Positions 1-7,142 of a stretch of 27,740 nucleotides of DNA are shown one piece after another. Made by a program: the position numbers and the translations under genes. The DNA comes from an uncultured Myxococcales bacterium. GTDB lineage: Bacteria; Myxococcota_A; UBA9042. Under the pieces are notes generated by a model. It was not told the DNA's origin. It ran no database searches and saw nothing but the letters and a program-made list of their open reading frames with translations. Positions within the stretch are counted from its first letter, which is position 1; the number at the start of each line of letters is the position of its first letter. Location: positions 1 to 27,740 of the forward strand of contig CAIXAA010000264.1 of NCBI GenBank assembly GCA_903917305.1, in the 5' to 3' direction.

Positions 1-1
1 C

Positions 2-496
2 ACGCAGCCGGATTCGAGCCACCTGTGGCTGCTGCAAGTGCGCGTCGACCCGAGCGCGTCCAAGAAGGTGTGGGAGGAGCGCAAGAAGCTCGCGACCGAC
101 CTTCGCGACCAGATTGCCAACAAGCACGGTGACTTCGCGGCGCTGGCCAAGCAGTACTCGGGCCACGAGAGCAAGGCGCAGGGCGGCGATCTCGGTTGGC
201 TGCACGGCGGCACGCTGGCGGACGATCTGGACAAGCCGGCGGCGCTGCTCAAGGTCGGCGAGGTCTCCGGTCTGATCGAGAACATCTATGGCTTCAACAT
301 CATGAAGCTTGTCGAGAAGAGGGCGGCGCGCCAGCTGAGCTACGACGAGATCGACAAGGCGTTCTGGAAGGCGGAGCTCGAAGCCTCCTGGACGCGCGAG
401 CGGCGCGAGGCCGGCGAGGCCCGGCTGCGCAAGGGCGCGAAGATCCAGCACTTGGACACGGCCGTCGAGAAGTGCCGCCACGCGCGCTGGAACTAG
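2..496 (+). CDS. PpiC/parvulin-type peptidyl-prolyl isomerase (SurA/PrsA-like), 5'-truncated by the window edge
   Basis: Parvulin signature FAALAKQYS..ESKAQGGDLGW...GEVSGLIENIYGFNIMKL. The frame is open from base 2 (TQPDSSHLWLLQVRVDP...), so the true start lies upstream of the window. Confidence 0.85.
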   Translation, partial: TQPDSSHLWLLQVRVDPSASKKVWEERKKLATDLRDQIANKHGDFAALAKQYSGHESKAQGGDLGWLHGGTLADDLDKPAALLKVGEVSGLIENIYGFNIMKLVEKRAARQLSYDEIDKAFWKAELEASWTRERREAGEARLRKGAKIQHLDTAVEKCRHARWN

Positions 497-511
497 GCTC
501 TTCCTCAGCCG

Positions 512-1864
512 TCAGTGGCACTTGTTGGCGGGATCCGAAGACGAGCAGGAACGGCGGCTCTGGTACGGGAATTCCCGAATGTTCAACCAAGGATAGAGCA
601 GGGCGCCGCGCCGCACGCCGAGCGGGCCCTGGCTGCCGTGCGCGTCGTGGCAGTAGCTGCAGCCGATCTTGTCGCCCTTCATCCAGGACGTGTGGCTGAA
701 GTGCAAGTTCGTGGCCTTCAAGGCGAACTCGCTGGCGCGGATGCCCGGGTTGCGCACCTCGGCGAGGATGTTCGTCGCACCCGGCCAGCTGCCGTCGTGG
801 CACAGCAGGCAGTAGGTCGGGGAGCTTTGCGCGGCCGGCTCCGGCAACACCATGACATTGTACGGTGTATCGTCGGAGTTGATGAGGTTGGGCACGACCG
901 TCGTGTCGCGCGGGTCCGTCAGAATGCGGCGGTCATAGGCCACCGCGGCGCGCACGACGTGCGGGTCGTGGCAGGTGCTGCAGGTCATCCGGCGCGTCTC
1001 CGTGCGGCCCAGCGGCGAGGAACTGCCGTGGCGCGAGACCGCTGTCGCCATCGCGGTGAACTGCGCCTTGTGGCACGGACCGCAGGTCAGCGGCTCCCGG
1101 TCGCGCAGCAGCGCGGTGCCTGGGGCGGCGTTGTGCGACGTGTGGCACGTCGCGCAGCCTAGGGATTGGCCGAACACCTTGCCGGGCGCATGCGCCGAGA
1201 GCGGAAACTCCCGCATGTTATGGCAAGTGCGGCACAAAATGTCGTCCTTGGCCGTGATCACCAGGAACTTGCCGAGGCCGTTGCTGTGCGCGTCGTGGCA
1301 GGACGTGCACTGCAATTTACCATTGCGATCGAGGAGATCCGCGGCGATCGAGCCGCCCAGGCCGCTCGGCGCCGTGGCGGCCGGCACGAGGCCTGCCCGC
1401 GTCGCGGAGACGCCGGCGCCGTACACCACCGACACCGGGTGATCATTGGATAAGTCCGGGCCCAGCGCCTGGCCCGTCGGCGGTCGCATCGACGCACCCG
1501 CGGCCGCATCGTTGGCCACGCGGCGCAGGGTCGGCGCGACCTGCCCGTCATGACACGACAAACACAGCTTGGAGCTGCCGTCCGGCTGCCCCGCCGCCAG
1601 CTCGCCGCGCTGGCTCTCGTACGTGCGGTACGCGAGGTCCGGCGTCACGATGTTCCACAGCGGCCCTTCGCCGCCTGCGAAGTGCGGGGTGTGGCAAAAG
1701 GCGCAGGAGTCGCCCGGCGCACCCGCCTGCGCGCCTTGCTGCGTCAAGTCGTGCGGCCCGCCGCGAATGCCGACGGTCACGCCGCGGTCGCGCGCCAAGG
1801 CAGGCATCGAGCAGAGCGTGATTGCCAGGCAGATGAAAATGCTGCGAATTCCGTTTCCATGCAT
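512..1864 (-). CDS. Secreted multiheme c-type cytochrome: 9 CXXCH plus a C-terminal CX8CH; N-terminal four-heme domain is OmcE-like
   Basis: Start reassigned to ATG 1864 (GGAG-CATGCC-ATG, just after the beta-barrel stop at 1882). Signal peptide MHGNGIRSIFICLAITLCSMPALA. Motifs: CAFCH, CLSCH, CTSCH, CRTCH, CATCH, CGPCH, CSTCH, CLLCH, CSYCH, CSSSDPANKCH. Confidence 0.9.
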   Translation of the reverse strand: MHGNGIRSIFICLAITLCSMPALARDRGVTVGIRGGPHDLTQQGAQAGAPGDSCAFCHTPHFAGGEGPLWNIVTPDLAYRTYESQRGELAAGQPDGSSKLCLSCHDGQVAPTLRRVANDAAAGASMRPPTGQALGPDLSNDHPVSVVYGAGVSATRAGLVPAATAPSGLGGSIAADLLDRNGKLQCTSCHDAHSNGLGKFLVITAKDDILCRTCHNMREFPLSAHAPGKVFGQSLGCATCHTSHNAAPGTALLRDREPLTCGPCHKAQFTAMATAVSRHGSSSPLGRTETRRMTCSTCHDPHVVRAAVAYDRRILTDPRDTTVVPNLINSDDTPYNVMVLPEPAAQSSPTYCLLCHDGSWPGATNILAEVRNPGIRASEFALKATNLHFSHTSWMKGDKIGCSYCHDAHGSQGPLGVRRGALLYPWLNIREFPYQSRRSCSSSDPANKCH

Positions 1865-1881
1865 GGCATGCTCCGTTTCCG

Positions 1882-3843
1882 TCACAGCGGACGACCGACA
1901 CTGAGGAAGACGCGGTGGTTCTGGTACTGCTGATCCGGCGTCAACCGCATCTGCAAACGATAGTCCAACCGCAGCGTGATCGCCCGCATTCGCCAGAGCA
2001 GCGTTGTTTCGCCGTCCAGCGACTTGTTGCTGATGCTCGGACTCTCCTGGTCGAGGACGCGCCAGCGCCACTCCAGCGCCGCCGGGCTGCTCGCGCTGAT
2101 GTTGCCCTCGGTGAAGGCCTCGTAGTTCTTGCGCAATTCTGTCGGCAAGTCCTGGATGATGGCGCGCACGCCGAAGGACGGTCGCACCGGTCCGATGATG
2201 CCGCGCACCGCCAAAGAGCCGTTGTATTCCGTGGTTGTTACGCCCAGGGTGCGGTAGCGCCGCGTCTCTGCCGTCGCGGAGAGCGAGCCGACGCTGGCGG
2301 ACATGCCGCCGCCCAGCGTCTCGTAGCGGTCGTGCAAGACCGCTTCGCCATCGGTGCGGCGCTGGCTCCAGCGTTCGGACAGCTCCGCGAACATCGTGAT
2401 ATTGTGGAAGTAGGACGAGAAGATGCGCGCGGAGTAGCGGTGATCGACGGCGGTGCGGCCCTGGGAGGTCTGCGTCGTGTACTGGTAGTTGACGTAGACG
2501 CTGTCGCCGTCGGGGATCTCGGTGGCGACAAGTCTGCGAATGTACGTTTGATCTCCGGCCGTGCCCACCTCGTAGTCGATGCCGAGCCGGTACTTCTTGT
2601 TGGTCGTCTGCGACAGCACCACAACGGTCAACACGCTGACATTCAAGTGCATCAGCACCGTCGGCTGCATGCCGTTGAGCGTCTGCACTTCGTTGACCGC
2701 CGACTGCGTGCCGCCCGGCAGACCGCCGTTCTCGCGCGTGCCAAGGAACTGATAGTTGTGCGACATCACAGCGAAAGAGGAGAGCCGCTTGCGGTACATC
2801 ACGTCTTCGCCCAGGGAGCCCAGCAGCTGCGAGCCGCCCGGCACCTGCTGGCCGCCGCCCTGCACCATCGTGCCGAAAAACAGGCTTTGATACAGGCGGT
2901 AGCGCGTGTCGATGCGGCCCAGCTGCTGCAGCGACGACGTCGTCTCGTCGCGCTTGGCGTTGAGCTGGTAGTCGAGGCGCGACTCCAGCTCCGGCAGCCA
3001 ACGCGCGGTGCCGAGCACCGTGAAGTACCCGTCATCACGCCGCATGTCCGAATCGCGCCGAATCCAGCGCAGCCGCGTGTCGATGCGAAAACGCCGCAGT
3101 GTCACATCGCCCGGATAGAGCACGTGGAACAGCGCCAGGTCGTGGCTCAAGTAGTTGAGATCCGTCATCTTGACGTTGTCGTACTTGTAGAAGCGGTACT
3201 CCATCGTCGCGTTCTGCCGCTCGCCGTCGTAGCGCACGTCGCCGGAGCCTTGCATGAACGTGTCGTTGCCGAAGTCCGTGCCGCCCGTGCCGAAGTCGTT
3301 GGCCATCCTCGAGAAGGCCGCGCGGACGGGGAACAGGTTGTTGCGCCAGTTCCAATCGACACCCTCGGTGGTCTTGGTCACGTCGTAATTGTTCACGAAG
3401 TCGCGGCGCACGATGTCCGTGTACTGCCGCGCGAACAGGTGCAGCGGAAAGGCCCGCGATTTCAGAATGGATGTGTCGGCGCGGTACTCGACCTTGGTGG
3501 AGTTGAACGGCACCGTCCGCGTCGTGTCATCGCTCTTCTGCTGCATGAACAGGACCGTGCCGCCCAGCTCCCACGACCAGAACTGCGGGGCCAGGATGCT
3601 GCCGCGCGCCAGGGCGCCAATGCGCTCGCCCACCAGCGCGGAGTAGCTGTGCGAGCTGTCCTTGGCGTCCTTGAACAGGTCGTAACCGCGGTACTGGTAG
3701 CCGGACACCAGCTCGTACGCGCCGCGGATGTCGTCGAAGTGCAGCCACTGCAGCTTCTTTTTCGCGGCCAGCGCCTGCGACGGGCACAGAAGCACCGCGG
3801 CGATCGCCGCCAGGAGCAGCAGCCGCGCGCGCGCCGGCTTCAT
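1882..3843 (-). CDS. Large outer-membrane beta-barrel protein of porin-cytochrome type (653 aa)
   Basis: ATG 3843 overlaps the upstream cytochrome stop (ATGA). Signal peptide MKPARARLLLLAAIAAVLLCPSQALA. Many alternating hydrophobic/polar beta-strands rich in Tyr/Trp/Arg, C-terminal strand RVFLSVGRPL, no heme motifs, and flanked by cytochrome genes. Confidence 0.75.
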   Translation of the reverse strand: MKPARARLLLLAAIAAVLLCPSQALAAKKKLQWLHFDDIRGAYELVSGYQYRGYDLFKDAKDSSHSYSALVGERIGALARGSILAPQFWSWELGGTVLFMQQKSDDTTRTVPFNSTKVEYRADTSILKSRAFPLHLFARQYTDIVRRDFVNNYDVTKTTEGVDWNWRNNLFPVRAAFSRMANDFGTGGTDFGNDTFMQGSGDVRYDGERQNATMEYRFYKYDNVKMTDLNYLSHDLALFHVLYPGDVTLRRFRIDTRLRWIRRDSDMRRDDGYFTVLGTARWLPELESRLDYQLNAKRDETTSSLQQLGRIDTRYRLYQSLFFGTMVQGGGQQVPGGSQLLGSLGEDVMYRKRLSSFAVMSHNYQFLGTRENGGLPGGTQSAVNEVQTLNGMQPTVLMHLNVSVLTVVVLSQTTNKKYRLGIDYEVGTAGDQTYIRRLVATEIPDGDSVYVNYQYTTQTSQGRTAVDHRYSARIFSSYFHNITMFAELSERWSQRRTDGEAVLHDRYETLGGGMSASVGSLSATAETRRYRTLGVTTTEYNGSLAVRGIIGPVRPSFGVRAIIQDLPTELRKNYEAFTEGNISASSPAALEWRWRVLDQESPSISNKSLDGETTLLWRMRAITLRLDYRLQMRLTPDQQYQNHRVFLSVGRPL

Positions 3844-4769
3844 CGGGCGCCTCCGGCCTTGGGCACCTTGCGCGGCGCGCTCTTGGGATCCGGCCGCAGC
3901 ATGTAGCGCTTGCCGGAGCCGTGCGGATCGTGGCACTTCGTGCAGCCCTTCAAGTCTCCGTTTTCATGCGGGGAGCGGCTGCGCAGGTCGGCTTCCAGGT
4001 GGCAGTGGTTGCAGAGGGCGTCGCCGCGGATCTTGAGCAGCGACTTCTCCTTGCCGCCGTGGCCGCCGTGGCACAGCGTGCACATGCCGGCCGCCACCGG
4101 GCCGTGCAGGGGCGCGCGTTTGCGCATATCGTTGAAATGGCAGCGACCGCACACCTGCAGGCCGGTCTTCAAGAACGACGGGCCCTTGCCGCCGTGGCCG
4201 TCGTGGCAGTCGGTGCAGTTGCGGTCTGTTCCCAAGGGCTTGTGGCGCGTGGCGAAGCGCGTCTCTTTGTAGTCGTGGCAGTGGGCGCAGAGCTTCTCGG
4301 GCGTCTCGCGCAGAAGCTTTTGCCATTCGCTTTGATGCGGCTCATGGCAGACGAGGCAGGAGCCATCGCCGACCGGAGCGTGCGCCGGCACCAGGATGAC
4401 CTTCTCCTTCTTGTGGCACGTCAGGCACAGATCCGAAGCGCGCACCAGCGGTCCGCGATCGATGATGTCGTGGCAGGCGCGGCACTGCCGGTTCAGCCAG
4501 GGCGGATGCTCGCTGTGCTGCGGAAAGATGGCGCTTTCGCCGGCATCGCCGGTCAGCGTGTCGGTCTGCACCGTGTCGCGCATGCTCTCCGGCGGCGGCA
4601 CGCCGTCGAAGAAGAACGACAGCACTTCATGGCGTTGTTCTGGCGTGTGGCAGCCCGTCGCCAGCAGCGCGACGATCAGCAGCAAGCAACGGACGGCCGT
4701 GCAGCCTGCGCGGCCTGGGACCGGTGCAGCGCAAGCTGGAGGCTCGTCCGGAGGGTTCGCCACGGCCAC
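3840..4769 (-). CDS. Nonaheme c-type cytochrome lipoprotein (paired CXXCH...H type)
   Basis: Probable GTG start at 4769 with GAGG 6 nt upstream; exact start uncertain. Lipobox LLATG-C. Motifs: CRACH, CLTCH, CLVCH, CAHCH, CTDCH, CGRCH, CTLCH, CNHCH, CTKCH. Confidence 0.88.
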   Translation of the reverse strand: MAVANPPDEPPACAAPVPGRAGCTAVRCLLLIVALLATGCHTPEQRHEVLSFFFDGVPPPESMRDTVQTDTLTGDAGESAIFPQHSEHPPWLNRQCRACHDIIDRGPLVRASDLCLTCHKKEKVILVPAHAPVGDGSCLVCHEPHQSEWQKLLRETPEKLCAHCHDYKETRFATRHKPLGTDRNCTDCHDGHGGKGPSFLKTGLQVCGRCHFNDMRKRAPLHGPVAAGMCTLCHGGHGGKEKSLLKIRGDALCNHCHLEADLRSRSPHENGDLKGCTKCHDPHGSGKRYMLRPDPKSAPRKVPKAGGAR

Positions 4770-4785
4770 ACAACGCCTCGCCGGA

Positions 4786-6015
4786 TCAGGGCGCCTTGGG
4801 CGTCGTAGCCGGCTCGGGGAGATCTTCGACGTCGCCCAAGCCCTTGGGAGTCGTCGGTGCGGCCGTGCCTGATGGCACTGCTGCCTTGGCAGGCGCCGGC
4901 AGGTCCTTCTCCGGTCCCAGCCAATCGCCGAATCCGTAGACATTCACGCGGCGTGCGCCGTACTGGCTGACCACGAGGATGACATGGCGCACCTTGAGCC
5001 GCACATCGGCCAGCTTCTGGAAGCGCTCGATGCCCCGCGCCGAGATGTCGATGCCCGCCGGCAGCACCAGGTTGCCCGGATCGTTGCCCGGGCCGCCAAA
5101 GAACAGCAGCAGTTGTCCATCCTTGTCGAAGATCTGCACGTTCTCGAACGCGGCGTCGACGGCATACAGCCGCCCATCCGGGTCGATCGCCACGCCCTTG
5201 GGCCGCGAGAAGCCGCCAGGACCGTCGCCCAGGCCGCCGTACATGCGCACGTGGGTGCCGTCCGGGTGCAGGCGCTGCACGCGGAAGTTGCCGGTCTCCG
5301 AGACGTAGAGGTCGCCGTCGGGCCCGACCGCGACGTTGGTCGGGATGTAGAACTTGCCCGGATCCTTGCCGCCGCCGCCGATGCGGCGCTTGACGGCGCC
5401 GGTCAGCCGGTCGAACACGATGATGTCGTTGTTCTTGAGGTTGCAGACGTAGACCTCGTCGTCCTTCACCGCGACGCCGGCGGCCTTCATCAAGCCTTCG
5501 GTGCCGTAGGCGCGCAGGAACGACTCGTCGGGGCCGTAGGCGAGCACCTGGTTGCGGGTGCCGTCCGCGACGTAGATGGTGCCGTCGGGCGTCGAGGTGA
5601 CCTGCATCGGTTGGCGCGCGCGGCCGCCGCCGGTGTTGCCCTTGAGCGGGCGGAACTCGTGGGCGGCCAGATCGAGAACGAAGATCTCGTGCGCACTTGC
5701 GTCCGACACGACGACGCGATCGCCGACGAGTGAGGCGCTGTACGGCTTGCCCAGCCCGCCCTTGGACGCGTCGTCCTTGCCGACGACGAACTCCGACAGG
5801 GCGCTGGTTTGCTCGATGTCCTCGGCCGACGTGTAGGACGTGAGGAACTGGATGCGCGGCCGGTTGGGCAGGGGCGGGTAGAAGACGGCGCTGCCCTTGC
5901 CGTTGTCGGTCGCGCCGCTGCACGCGGACAGCAGGGCGATCAGCGCACAAACGGCCCAGGATCCGAGGCGGGTCACTGGATGGTCAGACTTGGGATGGGG
6001 ATGAGGACCGGGCAT
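4786..6015 (-). CDS. NHL-repeat 6-bladed beta-propeller lipoprotein
   Basis: ATG 6015 with AGGA 7 nt upstream. Lipobox LLSA-C. N-terminal FYPPLPNRPRIQFL. Repeated NHL blades: PTNVAVGPDGDLYVSETGNFRVQ, RPKGVAIDPDGRLYAVDAAFENVQIF, QPMQVTSTPDGTIYVADGTRNQV. Confidence 0.9.
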   Translation of the reverse strand: MPGPHPHPKSDHPVTRLGSWAVCALIALLSACSGATDNGKGSAVFYPPLPNRPRIQFLTSYTSAEDIEQTSALSEFVVGKDDASKGGLGKPYSASLVGDRVVVSDASAHEIFVLDLAAHEFRPLKGNTGGGRARQPMQVTSTPDGTIYVADGTRNQVLAYGPDESFLRAYGTEGLMKAAGVAVKDDEVYVCNLKNNDIIVFDRLTGAVKRRIGGGGKDPGKFYIPTNVAVGPDGDLYVSETGNFRVQRLHPDGTHVRMYGGLGDGPGGFSRPKGVAIDPDGRLYAVDAAFENVQIFDKDGQLLLFFGGPGNDPGNLVLPAGIDISARGIERFQKLADVRLKVRHVILVVSQYGARRVNVYGFGDWLGPEKDLPAPAKAAVPSGTAAPTTPKGLGDVEDLPEPATTPKAP

Positions 6016-6257
6016 GACGGCATCCTTGTCGGCGGCCGGACGCTGTTGGCGGCCGGGGTCTGCAGCCGGGTCCGGAAGTCCCTGGCCGAGGCAGGGCGGA
6101 GCGCAGTGCAGCGTTGGCGGCGTCCGGACTTGCGACCGCAATGCACAGGATGTGCACGGTGCTGCTCACTAGCAGAAGGCACTGAGGTGGTCAACGCGAC
6201 GGAGCGCCCAGCCGGCCGCGTTCCCTTCCTCGCCTGGCGCACGGGCCAGGCACCGCC

Positions 6258-6281
6258 CCCCGCCGCCCGAAGACGACGGGG
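6258..6281 (-). other. Stable RNA hairpin with a C(UUCG)G tetraloop 3' of the omcE-like gene (mRNA stabiliser or partial terminator); second hairpin at 6232-6251
   Basis: Minus strand reads CCCCGTCGTC-TTCG-GGCGGCGGGG (10-bp stem, 2 G-U pairs), followed by GCCTGGC-N6-GCCAGGC. No U-tract follows. Confidence 0.6.
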
Positions 6282-6297
6282 AGCAGCACCGCAACAA

Positions 6298-6933
6298 TTA
6301 CTTGTTGTGGCAGGACAGGCACAGCGCGCTGCCGTTGTTCAGCATGCGCAGGAACTTGCCCTTGGAGTTGTCATGGACGCTATGGCACGTGGCGCACTGC
6401 ATCTGGGCTCCGAAGAGCGGCAGAATGCTGGCTGCGTCGACGTACTTGTCGCTGACCGGGCTCTTGAGGCCACCGTCCGACGTGGCCAGGGCCGCGTCGT
6501 ACGTGAACGAAATCGGGTGATCATTGGTCAGATCAGTCCCGAGCTTCGCGCCACCCGGATCCATGAAGTGCGTACCAGCGTTGCCGCCGTACGAGTCCAG
6601 CGCGACGGTACCGTCGTGGCAGGACAGGCACAGCTTGGACGTACCCGTCGGCTGACCGACGACTGCGTTCAAGGTAGCGCTGGTGTAAGCACTAAAGGTC
6701 GCAACAGTCACAGCGTGGTTCCACAGCGGGGCGCCCGGGACGGCCTGAGCGTTGTGTGGCGTGTGACAGAAAATGCAGATCTGGGTTGTACCCCAGCCCT
6801 GCGCGGAAAGGTCGTGGGCCGTACCAGCGATGCCAGCTTGCGCATCACGGGCCGGAGCCAGAACCACAAGCAACAGACCGGTCAGCACCATTGCTGCCGT
6901 CGTCAAGAAAGGAAACCGGCTAAGAGATCTCAT
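6298..6933 (-). CDS. omcE: OmcE-like tetraheme c-type cytochrome, candidate cytochrome-nanowire subunit (211 aa, ~178 aa mature)
   Basis: ATG 6933 with GGGAGG 7 nt upstream. Sec signal ending AQA. Motif order matches Geobacter OmcE as recalled: HDLS, CIFCHTPHNAQ, PLWN, SKLCLSCHDG, LGTDLTNDHP, CATCHSVHDN, FLR, GSALCLSCH at the extreme C-terminus. Confidence 0.8.
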   Translation of the reverse strand: MRSLSRFPFLTTAAMVLTGLLLVVLAPARDAQAGIAGTAHDLSAQGWGTTQICIFCHTPHNAQAVPGAPLWNHAVTVATFSAYTSATLNAVVGQPTGTSKLCLSCHDGTVALDSYGGNAGTHFMDPGGAKLGTDLTNDHPISFTYDAALATSDGGLKSPVSDKYVDAASILPLFGAQMQCATCHSVHDNSKGKFLRMLNNGSALCLSCHNK

Positions 6934-6956
6934 TACCATTCCTCCCAATGTGGGTC

Positions 6957-7005
6957 GACGACCCGTCTTGCTGCGCATGCAGCGGAACGAGTAGACGACC
7001 CGTCT
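6957..7005. repeat. 12-bp direct repeat GACGACCCGTCT (6957-6968 and 6994-7005), each copy self-complementary (GACG-N3-CGTC), in the omcE-like 5' UTR
   Basis: Two exact copies read directly, 37 nt apart, between the sigma54 motif and the RBS. Confidence 0.7.
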
Positions 7006-7017
7006 GCGAGGCTGTGG

Positions 7018-7033
7018 TGCACACGGCGTGCCA
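7018..7033 (-). promoter_or_regulatory. sigma54 (-24/-12) promoter for the omcE-like operon
   Basis: Minus strand TGGCACG-CCGT-GTGCA with exact GG-N10-GC spacing, ~85 nt upstream of ATG 6933 and next to a sigma54 activator gene. Confidence 0.75.
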
Positions 7034-7142
7034 AACAGGACCGCAAGCTGCAAGCCGCTGAGAGTAAAGGGTTGTGTGGGTATTGCCGCGATCGTGTAGC
7101 CGGTCTGCGGCTGCGTCATCCGACGCAGTGCGCCGCCACGCG

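Noticed and set aside
1865-3001. N-terminal extension of the 829-aa ORF 512..3001
   Set aside because: It overlaps the beta-barrel gene in another frame and is low-complexity. The real start is ATG 1864, with an RBS and signal peptide.
1915-3906. Long antisense ORFs (1915..3906+, 7074..8762+, 8485..10782-, 13321..15201-, 16918..19047+, 18789..20909-, 20597..22921-, 22879..24213-, 24092..25432-)
   Set aside because: Shadow ORFs opposite well-supported genes, expected from the scarcity of stop codons at high GC3. They carry no recognisable motifs.
1882-4769. Naming the barrel and cytochrome mtrB/mtrA or extB/extA
   Set aside because: The architecture is analogous, but I cannot confirm orthology by eye. 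The cytochrome is a 9-heme lipoprotein, unlike periplasmic decaheme MtrA.
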